Source: a virus (lineage: Duplodnaviria > Caudoviricetes). From it: a stretch of 59,708 bases of DNA. Where the stretch lies: positions 1 to 59,708 of IMG/VR virus record IMGVR_UViG_3300008262_000463. One strand, written 5' to 3'. Shown here one piece after another: positions 46,153 through 57,312 of this stretch. Numbering within the stretch: position 1 is the stretch's first letter; every line of letters begins with the position of its first letter. Under the pieces are notes generated by a model. The model searched no databases. It was not told the origin of the DNA and saw only the letters and a program-made list of their open reading frames with translations. The translations under genes and the position numbers were made by a program.

Positions 46153-47340
46153 TTATTTAACCAAAGTTTGTGAAATTACTTTAGTATAAGCTTCCATCAA
46201 AGGATCGACAGAAGTTGTTGGCTTCTTATCTTCTTCAATAGGAGTTTCGTCATTTAAATCTGATGAATCTGCAACCTTAACTTCTGCCTTGAAATATGAC
46301 TCTTTCAAAGTATTCATTTTGGTAACAAATTCTTCTTCGGTAGTGTACTCAACACCCTCTGCGAGTGATTTTAGTTTTTCTACCTGGGTTTGAGTCAGGC
46401 CTTCACACGCTGTGTAGATAGCCTCAACTTTTTTCTTCTCATTCAATTCTTTTTGAAGTTCGATACCACGATTAATTTGCTCATTGAGTGACTCTTCCAA
46501 CTCACCAACTTTACCGGTAAGTTCACCAACGATATCAACTTTATCTTCTGGAATGTCGATGTAATGATCTTCAAACAACTGCTTCAGACCACCAATGAAG
46601 TCTTCGGTAATTTCAGCACGGAGACCTTGCTCGATTGCAACTTCATTGTCTTTCATCCATTCTTCGACCATATAGTTTAGATAGTCATCAATCTTAGATG
46701 CCAAATCTTCTTTAACTTGTTCGATTGCTGCTTCGAATTGTTCTGCCAGTTGTGCTTCTGCTTCAGCAATAACTTCTTCTGCACGAGCAATAACTGCTGC
46801 TTCGAAAATTGTGGAAGCTTTCTGAACAAATTCTTCTGAAAGATTTTCACCAGAAAGAAGTGCATCAATATCTTCTTTCATTTTTTCTTTGTTCATCATT
46901 TTCTTGATGAGAGCTTTATCTTGTGCCTCATCTTCATGCTTTTCTTCTTTTTCTTCAGCAACTACTTCTTCTTCGGTTTCTGTTTCTTCACCGTAAGATT
47001 GGAATGTAGCGCCTGGATTCTTTTCAAATTTCTGTTTAGCGGCTTTACCTTCTGGCTGCTCTACAGAACCAGTTTGACCTGGTTGACCAGTAATTTTCTT
47101 TGCTGGCTCGGAACCAACTGGTGGTGTTGCACCTGGTGGTGTTGCTTGTGGTGTACCTTTGGTTGCATCTGGACCTGCATCGGTTGTTTTGGTAACTTCT
47201 GTACCAATATCACCAACTTCTTTAGTACCGTAAGCAACATCGCCGGACAATTTTTCTGATTTATCTTGGCCACCCTTTTTGGATGCAACAGAGGCATTCA
47301 GAATTTCTTTAGCGGCTTCAGACAGATTAAATTTTGCCAT
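46153..47340 (-). CDS. gp22: Prohead core scaffold protein
   Basis: Acidic coiled coil, TIFEAAV, YLNYMVEEW; late promoter TATAAATA at 47369-47376. Confidence 0.92.
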   Translation of the reverse strand: MAKFNLSEAAKEILNASVASKKGGQDKSEKLSGDVAYGTKEVGDIGTEVTKTTDAGPDATKGTPQATPPGATPPVGSEPAKKITGQPGQTGSVEQPEGKAAKQKFEKNPGATFQSYGEETETEEEVVAEEKEEKHEDEAQDKALIKKMMNKEKMKEDIDALLSGENLSEEFVQKASTIFEAAVIARAEEVIAEAEAQLAEQFEAAIEQVKEDLASKIDDYLNYMVEEWMKDNEVAIEQGLRAEITEDFIGGLKQLFEDHYIDIPEDKVDIVGELTGKVGELEESLNEQINRGIELQKELNEKKKVEAIYTACEGLTQTQVEKLKSLAEGVEYTTEEEFVTKMNTLKESYFKAEVKVADSSDLNDETPIEEDKKPTTSVDPLMEAYTKVISQTLVK

Positions 47341-47377
47341 TTTGAAAATCTCCTTGATTTATATTGGATATTTATAA

Positions 47378-48025
47378 TTAAAGTTTTTTAATGAAGTTTT
47401 CAAATATGCGTAGACTTACTTTTTCGATATCCTGTCTTGAAGCCTGTTTGACTTCTTTTATTGCTCTCGAATGATCTACTTCGGTCCAAACGCCATCTAC
47501 TAACATCCATTCTTTACCTTCCATGATACCTTGTACAAATGCACCTGGTGCGGAAGGATCTGCTACAATATCTGCCGCTGTGGCTAGATAAAAATCGGAT
47601 TGAACAACATTAATACCTTCTTTGTTCATTTTTAAAGAACCCATACCTCTTGACGATACACCTAATTGTGCGCCACCTTCAATAAGACTTCTGGCGATAT
47701 TACCCATAGGTGTGTCTAAGATTTTTGCTTTACCGACCCATTGTGTACCATCTTCTCTCAATGATACAATCATGTGAGATACACGATCAAGATTAATTGT
47801 TGGTGTTTCTGGATGTCCTAATTCACCAAACGCACGCTTCTTGTCGATGTATTCCTCTGTATATCGAGCGACCTCTTTTCTCATGGTATTGTATTCGTAC
47901 AGTCTACCATTTCGATTTTTCTTTTCTGCAACTAGAAAAGGTCCTTCGATATGCAAAGCCTTTTTGCCATCTGATTCTTCAACCAGATAACTAACTGTTT
48001 CGGTAATTTCTTTGATGAGTTTCAT
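47378..48025 (-). CDS. gp21: Prohead protease
   Basis: NRNGRLY, GELGHP, GVSSRGMGS, DIVADPS. Confidence 0.96.
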   Translation of the reverse strand: MKLIKEITETVSYLVEESDGKKALHIEGPFLVAEKKNRNGRLYEYNTMRKEVARYTEEYIDKKRAFGELGHPETPTINLDRVSHMIVSLREDGTQWVGKAKILDTPMGNIARSLIEGGAQLGVSSRGMGSLKMNKEGINVVQSDFYLATAADIVADPSAPGAFVQGIMEGKEWMLVDGVWTEVDHSRAIKEVKQASRQDIEKVSLRIFENFIKKL

Positions 48026-48027
48026 CT

Positions 48028-48447
48028 TTATAATCCCATTGATGACCGTCTACGCATAGTAAGACTTCTTTTTCTTATAGATTGTCTAAGCTTAGCACGG
48101 CGTTTAAATTTACTTCTTCTTGCTGCCAACTTTCGGTTTCTACGCTCAGCAGGTGTCATTCTTACCAACTTGCCACCTCTCGTTGTATAACCTTTTATGG
48201 CTGACAACTTTTTACGTCTTTGTACAACTATACGACCTTTTGAATTTCTTCTAAAACGAACTTTTATTACTTTTGTTCGTCCCATTTTCATAACATTTGC
48301 TTCATCTAAACCATCAAACATAGACAAAGCAATTTCAGCTTTTTTATGAGTTAACTTATCATCTGCCAACTCATCTATTTTTTTCTGCAATATTTCTTTT
48401 GCTTCTAAAACATTGCCTTCCAAAATTTTAGAAATAAAATCTTTCAT
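48028..48447 (-). CDS. Basic prohead core protein (gp68-like)
   Basis: Position upstream of gene 21; Arg-rich C-terminus. Confidence 0.55.
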   Translation of the reverse strand: MKDFISKILEGNVLEAKEILQKKIDELADDKLTHKKAEIALSMFDGLDEANVMKMGRTKVIKVRFRRNSKGRIVVQRRKKLSAIKGYTTRGGKLVRMTPAERRNRKLAARRSKFKRRAKLRQSIRKRSLTMRRRSSMGL

Positions 48448-48992
48448 TATGGTTTTAACGAATATGCACCATAGTTAAATGCAGCAGGATCATTAAATTG
48501 ACCACGTTGATAATGTGCATTATCTTTACGTAGTTCTAAAATAATTGTATATGTTGCATTAGATACTTGACCTTTTGTAACAATAGCAATATCGCCATTA
48601 TTATTTGCTGTTACTGTAGGATTTTTAATTGTGATCCAGTTACCGGCACCATCATACTCACCATTGCCTTGCAAGAATAATAGAGGAACACCATTTTCTG
48701 GACTTGCACTTGATATATCTCTCCAATACAATTCAACACTACCGCTGCCCGTATCTGTATCATACCAAACACGATTGACAGTCAGACCATAATACGATAG
48801 TGTCGTATTTGCAGCACCACCATGAACATTAGCTACAGGAAAACTATTTGTTGCTAATGCGCCATAGAGCGTATTTGCTTGAATTCGTGCTACATTACTT
48901 TCTTGACCAGAACCATCAAACGCTCCAGTTAATTTAATAACCGCAGTTTGTGTATCATCTTTTAAAACTTGATAAGAAAATCTGTTTGCCAT
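48447..48992 (-). CDS. Hypothetical virion protein
   Basis: Beta-rich; located in the head gene cluster. Confidence 0.6.
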   Translation of the reverse strand: MANRFSYQVLKDDTQTAVIKLTGAFDGSGQESNVARIQANTLYGALATNSFPVANVHGGAANTTLSYYGLTVNRVWYDTDTGSGSVELYWRDISSASPENGVPLLFLQGNGEYDGAGNWITIKNPTVTANNNGDIAIVTKGQVSNATYTIILELRKDNAHYQRGQFNDPAAFNYGAYSLKP

Positions 48993-48995
48993 TTT

Positions 48996-49214
48996 TTATT
49001 CCTCTGTTTCCTCTGCTTGTATCGGCGCTTGGCCAGACCAAGCTAAATTGCCATATGGTATTGTTACATATTTATTTAATTTGTCTATACGGTACAGAGC
49101 TACTCTACGACCATCAGCAAACTGCCTAACAGAAACTCTTTTCATCAATAATACAGATGGAGGTTCCATAGTTGAATATACTGCTTCAGTTCTAAGTTCT
49201 TTAAGTGTTTTCAA
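48996..49214 (-). CDS. Small head-cluster protein with capsid-targeting-like leader
   Basis: MKTLKELRTE; PP.VL.MKR...RQF..G..VALY. Confidence 0.6.
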   Translation of the reverse strand: MKTLKELRTEAVYSTMEPPSVLLMKRVSVRQFADGRRVALYRIDKLNKYVTIPYGNLAWSGQAPIQAEETEE

Positions 49215-49437
49215 CTGGTGTATCCTGTGCAGTTGCTAAATCTGGTTCAATGTTTGTTTCTGTTGGTTCTTCTACTTCTTCTTCATTATTATTAAAATAA
49301 TTTTGTGCTACCGCTTGTTTTGCCGCATCTAAATGTGCAGTAACTCTATCGTGAATAGAAGAATATAATGCCTGTCTAAATTGAACGGCATCATCATTTT
49401 GTGCATAATCAACAATTTGTTTAGTAATGTCTGTCAT
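49201..49437 (-). CDS. Acidic prohead core protein (gp67-like)
   Basis: Directly after gene 20; late promoter TATAAATA at 49457-49464. Confidence 0.6.
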   Translation of the reverse strand: MTDITKQIVDYAQNDDAVQFRQALYSSIHDRVTAHLDAAKQAVAQNYFNNNEEEVEEPTETNIEPDLATAQDTPVENT

Positions 49438-49459
49438 AATAGTTCCTCAATCAAAATAT

Positions 49460-51127
49460 TTATAATATGCGTTTTAACTTATGAAAAGTTTTTTCTTCAT
49501 TGGTAGAAGATTGTTTTGCTTGTGCTGCGGCTAAATCTTGCTGTGCTTGAATATCATCTGGATGTGTTGGTTGACTTGGTACTTGTGCCATAAGTTGTGC
49601 TTGTGCCACATCATTGGTAACACCAACTGGCAGACCAAGACCTGCTTCTTTTTCTTCATCCATTTCTTCTTGCATTGTCTTGATTTCATCGTCAGTAAAT
49701 CGCAGAACATTTCTTTGTATCCATGTCTGTGAGAAATAACGACCAGTATATACATCAAGTAATTGTAGATAACCAAGACGCTCTTTCATCAACTCAGCTT
49801 CTTTAAGTTCTTTAAAGTTATTGTCTTTAATGAAATCATATGTAATGTTTTCTCTAAATTCTTCCCATTCTTCTTTGGTACAAATACCTTTAAGAATACA
49901 TTGTACTTTTAATGCTTGATCAAAAAGATCTGAAAAACGGTTGCGTAAACGATCTACGAATTTAGAAAACTTTAATTCATCACGGGTAATTTCATTTGAA
50001 CGACCGAGAGAGAAACCTGATGTTTCTGGATTTAAACGAGAAACAGGAACAGAAAGTGCTTTGTATAATTTCTTTTCAAAATATTTAACATCTTCCAGTT
50101 CACCTAAGTTTTGTCCACCAGGTAATGTATCGATCTCTGTACCTTTTCCACCTTCACGGCGTGGTAACCAAAAATCTTCCATCATCGATAAAAATTTACG
50201 GTCATCACGAACTTCACCTGTGTTTGCATCATAAACAAGTTTGTTCTTGTACTTGACCATAATATCACGAAGGTATTGTTCTGCCTTTAACTTAGGAAGA
50301 TTACCTACATCGATGTAGAATATACGGCGTTCTGGTGCTCTAGAAATACGGTAGATAACAGTTGCATCTTCAATCATACGCAACTGATTTAATGGTTTGA
50401 TTGCTTTGTGTAGATAAGAAAGAACGATTGCTCTACGTGAATCCATTAAACCAGATAGTACATTTACAATAGAGTCTGTTGTGATTCTAACACCAACAGG
50501 ACCAAAATTGGATGATGTTCCTGTTGTTACTTTGTCATTGTAGATGTAGTATTCATTTACCACTTTTTGTATTTCTACATTGGTATTTGGATCTTTTACT
50601 TTTTTAATCTCACGAACTTTTCTAAGTTTGCGTGGATCAACATAACGTAGTTCTTTAATACCTTGCATTGGATTTTCACGGTCAATAATCATATGATAGA
50701 ATAAACGACCGTCAACATAAAATCTACGGAATATATCTTGTGACATATTCTTATAGTTTAACAATCTCAATATAGTTTTAAATTCTTCTTTGATAGAATT
50801 TTTAATTTTATCTGGTTGTTTTAAGCCATCTAAAACTATATCAATTGTTTTTCCATTATCATCTTGGCAAATTGCTTCACCAACAATATCATCAATGGCA
50901 GATTCAATTTCTGGTTGCATTGCCATTTCACGATATCGTGTAATAAGTTCTACATCATTTTTTGCTGTGCCATCTAGATCAACATATGTTCCATAATAAG
51001 CGGCAGAAGTAATAGTAAGTGCGCCGTCATCGTTTGATGGAGGCGTGAAAGATTGTTGCACTTCCTCATCTTGTTCAGATTTGTTTCGTGCAATGCTAAA
51101 ACCAAAGAGTGAAAATTTATTTGCCAT
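49460..51127 (-). CDS. gp20: Portal protein
   Basis: YRISRAPERRIFYIDVGN, EDFWLPRREGGKGTEI. Confidence 0.98.
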   Translation of the reverse strand: MANKFSLFGFSIARNKSEQDEEVQQSFTPPSNDDGALTITSAAYYGTYVDLDGTAKNDVELITRYREMAMQPEIESAIDDIVGEAICQDDNGKTIDIVLDGLKQPDKIKNSIKEEFKTILRLLNYKNMSQDIFRRFYVDGRLFYHMIIDRENPMQGIKELRYVDPRKLRKVREIKKVKDPNTNVEIQKVVNEYYIYNDKVTTGTSSNFGPVGVRITTDSIVNVLSGLMDSRRAIVLSYLHKAIKPLNQLRMIEDATVIYRISRAPERRIFYIDVGNLPKLKAEQYLRDIMVKYKNKLVYDANTGEVRDDRKFLSMMEDFWLPRREGGKGTEIDTLPGGQNLGELEDVKYFEKKLYKALSVPVSRLNPETSGFSLGRSNEITRDELKFSKFVDRLRNRFSDLFDQALKVQCILKGICTKEEWEEFRENITYDFIKDNNFKELKEAELMKERLGYLQLLDVYTGRYFSQTWIQRNVLRFTDDEIKTMQEEMDEEKEAGLGLPVGVTNDVAQAQLMAQVPSQPTHPDDIQAQQDLAAAQAKQSSTNEEKTFHKLKRIL

Positions 51128-51160
51128 ATTGTTTTATATCCAAATCAAAAAATGCATAAT

Positions 51161-51182
51161 AGAAGGGGCCGAAGCCCCTTCT
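51161..51182 (-). terminator. UUCG hairpin after gene 19
   Basis: AGAAGGGGC-TTCG-GCCCCTTCT. Confidence 0.7.
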
Positions 51183-51196
51183 GTAGTATAATAAAA

Positions 51197-51739
51197 TTAA
51201 GTTGTAGTATCTGATTCCCACCATTGATATGCAAAGGTTACCGCATATTCTTCAATGGTATCATTTGAACCCCAATCTAAATCAATTGGTGCCAAATCTA
51301 ATGGGTACATACCAACAAATTTATATGTTTTCAATATTTCACCAGTCTTTGCAAACTGTTTAACAATCGCATCTACTGTGTATCCGCTAGGACCTCTTGC
51401 AGCTGGATTGCGAAGGTTTGTTCCATGACTGTTGATTGCGTTCATCCATGCTTCCATACTATTGCGAATTGTAAAGTCCTCATCGTTAAGAATCTGAACT
51501 GACCAATCAGCAAATGTACGGTTGCCTGCAAATTTAATTTCACGACCAAAGTAATAAAGTGGCACTTGACCAATTGTAGAACCTGGCAACTGAGCTGTTT
51601 TGCACATAAAAACTGATTTCTGTGAAGCTGCAATTGCATTATCTACGAGAGTTGGAATTGTGAGAGTTACTTCAAATAAATTTGGGCGTGCGCCGTCACT
51701 TATCATATTAGATCTAAATTCTGCTACATTGAATGCCAT
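51197..51739 (-). CDS. gp19: Tail tube protein
   Basis: GARPNLFEV, GREIKFAGNRTF, IEEYAVTFAYQWW. Confidence 0.95.
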   Translation of the reverse strand: MAFNVAEFRSNMISDGARPNLFEVTLTIPTLVDNAIAASQKSVFMCKTAQLPGSTIGQVPLYYFGREIKFAGNRTFADWSVQILNDEDFTIRNSMEAWMNAINSHGTNLRNPAARGPSGYTVDAIVKQFAKTGEILKTYKFVGMYPLDLAPIDLDWGSNDTIEEYAVTFAYQWWESDTTT

Positions 51740-51768
51740 TCTTTTCTCCTATATCGTTGAATTATTTA

Positions 51769-53481
51769 TTAGAATCTACCAACGACTTCACTAAAATCAA
51801 CACCAGTTCTAACAGCAACGAAGTTCAACTGGATAAAGTTGATTGAACGAGCAGGCTTAATGTAAATATCACCAACAAAACGGTTAGAATCAATAACTTC
51901 AGCTGTGTTATTAGTATTATCACAAACAACACGGAAGTCATAGATACCACGGCGACCTTGAACATCACGCAAGAATGGTGTAACTAAAGCTACAAATTGA
52001 GCACGGGTAAATTCATCGTTAAATTCAAACAATGAATATCTTGCTGCACGAGCAATTGTTTTTTCAAGAACAATAAACAAACGGCGAACGTTAATTCTAT
52101 CAAAGGCCGATGGTTTATCTTGTAAAGTTTTGTCACCAAATAAAACAATGCCTGAACCAGCAATAGAAACGACTGGATTAATACCTTTAGAATACAAAGT
52201 ATCTCTTTCAGATTTATTTGGATTCCATGCCAGTTTGACAACATTTTTAACAAAACCACGGTTTAAACCAGCTGGTGAATACCATGGATCACGAATGTTA
52301 TCTGTGTATACGCAAAGTCCAGCAACGTCACCGTTTAGTGGTACCCAACGGTATACATTGTTATACTTGTCGAATGTATATTTCCAACCACAGTCTGAAA
52401 CAACATATGAAGATGTACGGTTTAAGTTTCCATACCATGTGATAATATCGTCTGCTTCATCTCCAATATTGTTAACAACAGAAGCTGATGGTGGAGAAAT
52501 AAATGCTACACAATCTTTTCTTGCATTTGCAATATTATCAATTACATATTGCTGTACTGTTGTTGATGCATTTCCTGTAACAACAAGAGAAATGTCAGTT
52601 TCTTCAGCATTTCCAAATAAATCCCAAGCTGTTTCAATGTTTGCATCGGTTGGAGTTGCATCGGCACCTTTTGTCAAACGGTAAGTTTGAGCACCGTTGA
52701 CTGTTCTAAATGTTGTACCACTCATAGTTTGACCCCATGTAGCTACAGTATTTGCGTAGTCTACTGGATCAGCAGCATAAATGTATCTCGAACTTCTGTA
52801 GAGAACATTTTTGTAGTAATTTGAATTGCCTAATGCATCAACGGCATCACTTGCTTTTGATAGATATGGCCATACTTCAAGAACTGTATTTTTTGTACCA
52901 GTAATTAAACCACCTGCGTCAGTAACAATGATGTGCATTTCATCATTTGTTGCACCTGCAGCGGTAGCTTGTACGGATGTACCTGGTGCACCAGTAAAAT
53001 ATGTTGAAACGCCTATACTGTTTACTGTCCAAGTACTAAAAGTACCACCAGCATCCAATAAAGAAATAGTAATTGAGTTACCTAATGCACCAGGATATTT
53101 GGCAACAAAAGGACCAATTGCATTTGCATTATTTTGATTTAGATAAGATGCATCAAAAGCTTGTTCGTTTTTAATTTGTGTGGATGAACCACCTGCATTT
53201 GATATACCATTGTAACAAGCATCACCTACTGCACGGACAGTTTTAAGATTATTACCGTATGCTAAAAAGCTTGCAGCAGTAAAGAAAGAAATTGCAGTAT
53301 TTGTGTCTGGTTTTCCAAAATTAGATGCTAAAGCAATTTCACTATCAATATTTTTTATAGATTCTGCTGGACCCCATGTGAAGTTACCAACAAAGGCACC
53401 GGATGTAGACAGTATTGAAGGTATTACTGTGGTTAAGTCAACTTCAGATACATTTACGCCTGGAGAGATTTGAAATGCCAT
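51769..53481 (-). CDS. gp18: Tail sheath protein
   Basis: SPGVNVSEVDLT, FDRINVRRLF, IKPARSINFIQLNF; CATAAATA at 53533-53540. Confidence 0.97.
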   Translation of the reverse strand: MAFQISPGVNVSEVDLTTVIPSILSTSGAFVGNFTWGPAESIKNIDSEIALASNFGKPDTNTAISFFTAASFLAYGNNLKTVRAVGDACYNGISNAGGSSTQIKNEQAFDASYLNQNNANAIGPFVAKYPGALGNSITISLLDAGGTFSTWTVNSIGVSTYFTGAPGTSVQATAAGATNDEMHIIVTDAGGLITGTKNTVLEVWPYLSKASDAVDALGNSNYYKNVLYRSSRYIYAADPVDYANTVATWGQTMSGTTFRTVNGAQTYRLTKGADATPTDANIETAWDLFGNAEETDISLVVTGNASTTVQQYVIDNIANARKDCVAFISPPSASVVNNIGDEADDIITWYGNLNRTSSYVVSDCGWKYTFDKYNNVYRWVPLNGDVAGLCVYTDNIRDPWYSPAGLNRGFVKNVVKLAWNPNKSERDTLYSKGINPVVSIAGSGIVLFGDKTLQDKPSAFDRINVRRLFIVLEKTIARAARYSLFEFNDEFTRAQFVALVTPFLRDVQGRRGIYDFRVVCDNTNNTAEVIDSNRFVGDIYIKPARSINFIQLNFVAVRTGVDFSEVVGRF

Positions 53482-53551
53482 TTTGTTATCTCCTTGATTA
53501 TTATGTTATTTGGCAATTAGATACCATAATGATATTTATGATGGTTCATAT

Positions 53552-55231
53552 TTAGAGATTCCTCATGGCATCTTTAATGAATTTAGAATAAGTTTCAGAT
53601 CCGTCTGCCAATTCCCATAAATCTCCGTCCATAACTTCAAATGAGTGTTGTAAACCATTGTCAATAATAGGTTCTGGCACCAATTCTTCATCAATCTGGT
53701 TCATGTTTTCTAATTGTATTTGTTTACGAATGTCATGATTTACAATTTCTTTGAAGTATTTCTGTGTTGCAGCCCAACCAAAAAGAACAAGTGTCATAGC
53801 TAAGTCATCGTTTGCACCATCTTCTGCCGCAAAAGAAGTCTTATTGGCTACAAATGTTGTTAATTGTGAGATGGTGTCAAAATCTGGTATGGTTAATTTG
53901 TCACCTTCAATCAAAGTCTTTAAGTTGGAACAACCAATTCTTTTGACTGCCGGTGACATTTTGACACCCATCTGTACTCCACGACCAAAACCAGCAGACA
54001 ATTGTTGGGGTTTCTTATTACCTGTAAATACTTTCCAAAGGTTTTCATACTCAAGGTCTTGGTGAATTATATCTGCAACTTGAGGATTATTATTAATCTC
54101 GACTAGAATATACGCATCGTTGTATAATTTGGCTGCGTTTACAATTACTGTTGGAAAAAGTATAGGTGAAATAGATGAACTGTTGTAGGTTGCTACCTGT
54201 CTATAAGGTGTGGTTGAAATATCAAATACAGAAAACGATTGACAGTCCAAATTTCGACCCTCTGATACATCTACAGTAATTGCATAAAGATGATCTTTCT
54301 TATCTTCATCATTGCCTTTGAATGGATACTCATAGATTTTTAACATATCATGAGTAGAGATAGGTGGACTCCATGCCATTGTTTGCAGTTTTATACCAGA
54401 AATAAGTGTATTGGTCGAACCTAAAAACTCAGTTTCAAACTCTTGTCTGAACTGTCTTTCAGATGTATTCTTGATTGTTTCTTCTTTCCAATCTTCATCA
54501 CGACCTGGTACCATTGACCAATGAACTTCAAATGGCACATAATTATTATTTTTATTAATTGCATCTGTCCAAATTTTATAAAACAGATTCATACCGTTTG
54601 GTGTAGAAACAATAATAATCTTTGTTTTTGTACCAGCAGTAATAACTGGATAAACTGAGGTAAAGAATTCTGTTGCAATGTTTCCTGGAACGAAAGCAAA
54701 CTCATCAAGAAAAACGATGTTAAACGAACCAGAACGAGCCGCAGATGAAGATGTTGACGATGCAACAATTACAGAACCATTTTCAAGTTCTACACGACCT
54801 TTGTTCCATTCGACCACACCTTGTTGTAACCATAGTGGAAGATTCTCATAGGCCAATTGTAACTTACCAAGAATACCACGAGCAGTTTCACCACGGTTGG
54901 CAAGAACTGCAATACTCTGTGAATCTTTAAATATGAGTGCCCAAAGAAGATAGGCAACTGTGGTTGTTGTTTTACCAACCTGACGAGGACATTTCATAAT
55001 AACAAAACGATTATCATGGAAAGTTTTAATCATGTCCCGTTGAAAGTCATACATATCAAAAGGTGTGACACCATGATCTAGTGTAATAATCTTTATGTAC
55101 TTGGCAAAGTAAATAGGATCTTCAGCACACCTGATATATTCATCAAGTTGCTCTTGAGTGTAATTGATCTGTACGCCAACCCTTTTTAATAACGGGTTGT
55201 CACGGTATGTATTTTTAGTTTGCTTTGCCAT
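53552..55231 (-). CDS. gp17: Terminase large subunit
   Basis: RQVGKT, FLDEFAF, STPNG, DDLAM. Confidence 0.97.
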   Translation of the reverse strand: MAKQTKNTYRDNPLLKRVGVQINYTQEQLDEYIRCAEDPIYFAKYIKIITLDHGVTPFDMYDFQRDMIKTFHDNRFVIMKCPRQVGKTTTTVAYLLWALIFKDSQSIAVLANRGETARGILGKLQLAYENLPLWLQQGVVEWNKGRVELENGSVIVASSTSSSAARSGSFNIVFLDEFAFVPGNIATEFFTSVYPVITAGTKTKIIIVSTPNGMNLFYKIWTDAINKNNNYVPFEVHWSMVPGRDEDWKEETIKNTSERQFRQEFETEFLGSTNTLISGIKLQTMAWSPPISTHDMLKIYEYPFKGNDEDKKDHLYAITVDVSEGRNLDCQSFSVFDISTTPYRQVATYNSSSISPILFPTVIVNAAKLYNDAYILVEINNNPQVADIIHQDLEYENLWKVFTGNKKPQQLSAGFGRGVQMGVKMSPAVKRIGCSNLKTLIEGDKLTIPDFDTISQLTTFVANKTSFAAEDGANDDLAMTLVLFGWAATQKYFKEIVNHDIRKQIQLENMNQIDEELVPEPIIDNGLQHSFEVMDGDLWELADGSETYSKFIKDAMRNL

Positions 55232-55637
55232 TCTTCAGGAGTTTTCCTAATTCGGCAGTAGAACCAACAAATATGGCTTTGTCGATATTGGTGTTATTAG
55301 TTTCTTTCTTAACACCTTCCATGTCACGAATTTCTTTTTGTATTTTAAGAAGTCTATCATTTGCTTCTGTCATATTCTTTAACAGAGTTGCATAAACTTC
55401 AAAGGCTCTTGGATGTTGACCTGCTTTTGCAATGTTAAGTATTTCTTCCATTGCATCTTTGCCTTGATCTATAATGCCTTGTAGATTTTCTTTTGATTGT
55501 TGGTAAGCATCAGTCAAATCTTGTTTTAAATCTGGATCATTATAATGTTGTTGCAACACCACAGGTGCCTTTTTTTCTTCTGGCACCGTTGGTGTTACAT
55601 CAAATATTTCTTCCATTTTTTTATCAAATTCACTCAT
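55215..55637 (-). CDS. gp16: Terminase small subunit
   Basis: HPRAFEV, FVGSTAEL. Confidence 0.93.
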   Translation of the reverse strand: MSEFDKKMEEIFDVTPTVPEEKKAPVVLQQHYNDPDLKQDLTDAYQQSKENLQGIIDQGKDAMEEILNIAKAGQHPRAFEVYATLLKNMTEANDRLLKIQKEIRDMEGVKKETNNTNIDKAIFVGSTAELGKLLKNGKAN

Positions 55638-55652
55638 ATTATATAATCCATT

Positions 55653-56228
55653 TTAAGTCAATCTTACTTTGACTGTACCATCTGTAAAGTAATATAAACC
55701 ACCAACTGATATAGAATTGTTGGCTGCATCAGAATCATTCAAGTAAGGACCACTTACTGTTACAGTAAAAGAATTGGCCGCATTAAAAGCTGCGTTTGCA
55801 TGAATAAACGATGTATTGCCTATATCTCTGGCAGTTGAATCCACAAGAGGTATTGTGTTTGCATAATTAAATGCAGCTTGTGCTAATGCAGATACCGTAT
55901 TGATTGAATTGCTTACATTTGCAATAGTTTCTTTGGTGTTTGCAAAAGCAAGAATGGTATTACCAAATTGTGGATCTAATCGAATTGCATCTGCAAGTTC
56001 TTTTAATGTATCTAATGCACCTGGTGCACCACCAATTAAAATGGAAGTTGCATTAGATATGGCGGTGTTTACATACAATTCTGTTGCAAGTCTAGAACCA
56101 CCAGCAGTTACACCATCATGTACAGATAGTGTTTTTCTAGTAAGGTCTACAATAATTTCACCATTTGCACCAACTATAGTGTTGGTGTTTGAACTGTGAT
56201 ATCTTCTAAATTGTAAGGTTTTTGACAT
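55653..56228 (-). CDS. Short fibre/appendage protein (Mtd N-terminal-like domain)
   Basis: LQFRR..GEI.VD..VHDG.TAGG; GAPGALDTLKELADAI fibre motif. Confidence 0.65.
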   Translation of the reverse strand: MSKTLQFRRYHSSNTNTIVGANGEIIVDLTRKTLSVHDGVTAGGSRLATELYVNTAISNATSILIGGAPGALDTLKELADAIRLDPQFGNTILAFANTKETIANVSNSINTVSALAQAAFNYANTIPLVDSTARDIGNTSFIHANAAFNAANSFTVTVSGPYLNDSDAANNSISVGGLYYFTDGTVKVRLT

Positions 56229-56229
56229 T

Positions 56230-57312
56230 TTAATACCTTTGTTGTAAATCTAGATTTGTATTTTTTAAAGATAAATCATCTTGTAATTCTTCTGTACCAA
56301 ATTGTACGTGCATATCTCCAACCGGTTCAATCTCATCTCTTTCATTAATTCTAATGTCATAAACAAAATCATTATTTCCGTTGGCAGTTAAAGGATTAGG
56401 TTTAATATCTATTCTAGCAAATTTTGTTGGCATAATTTCATAAGAAGTGAAATTATATTTAGCGTTTGATTCTGCACCATTAATTATTTTATCTGATACA
56501 AAATTGCCTTGTATATTTTTTAATTTTAATCTATTAGGTTCCCAACTTTCTACAATACCACTAGCTGTTGCAGATTGTGATGAATAACCTTGATATACCA
56601 ATTCACCCAATTTATAATTTCCTATTCCTGATGCCGCCATATTCATTTGAATAATATCTGTAGATTGTATACCATTTAATATATTAGTAATTGAGTGTTT
56701 AATCAAACCACCAGTATCAGAAATCTTACCAAATATAAATCCTTTAACCGTAAAATTTAATGTCCATATAATCATTCTGGTTTCAGAATTTTTATCACCT
56801 TCATATACTATTTCATGTGATGCATTATTTAATATAACAGGCACTTCTTTTACAATACCCATTTCTGGAATTAAATTTAATTTAATTGTATAATCTGGTG
56901 TAAAATATGGAAGTATATGTTCTATAATTTGAGTACCATCTTCCATATTACGGACATAAATGTATAGAGAAAAATCAAAATTATATGGTACTGGATTATA
57001 CTGAGATACAATACCTTCTGTTGTTCTTGCAAATTGCTTTATATTTGTATTTTGTTTTCTTGATACATCATATGTTAAACCATTCATTTCAAATGACATA
57101 CGAGGTAAAGCAATTTGTACCTTCTTTTGTAAATTAGGATCATCTTCTAATCTTCTAACATACAATTCTTTGGTTGCATATGCCAAAGGTACTAATACTC
57201 TTTGATCTTCAGAACGGTCTGTATTATAACGAACAAGTGTAATCTTGTCAAATAGGCTACCAAAACCTACGACTAATTTTCTTATAACTCTATTGTATGT
57301 TATATCTGACAT
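56230..57312 (-). CDS. gp15: Tail sheath stabiliser / terminator
   Basis: LPRMSFEM, PVPYN, QIIEHILPYF.P. Confidence 0.93.
   Translation of the reverse strand: MSDITYNRVIRKLVVGFGSLFDKITLVRYNTDRSEDQRVLVPLAYATKELYVRRLEDDPNLQKKVQIALPRMSFEMNGLTYDVSRKQNTNIKQFARTTEGIVSQYNPVPYNFDFSLYIYVRNMEDGTQIIEHILPYFTPDYTIKLNLIPEMGIVKEVPVILNNASHEIVYEGDKNSETRMIIWTLNFTVKGFIFGKISDTGGLIKHSITNILNGIQSTDIIQMNMAASGIGNYKLGELVYQGYSSQSATASGIVESWEPNRLKLKNIQGNFVSDKIINGAESNAKYNFTSYEIMPTKFARIDIKPNPLTANGNNDFVYDIRINERDEIEPVGDMHVQFGTEELQDDLSLKNTNLDLQQRY

Noticed and set aside
44922-54065. Long plus-strand ORFs opposite structural genes (e.g. 52130-52684, 45786-46115)
   Set aside because: Antisense shadows of genes with biased codon usage; no RBS or recognisable motifs.
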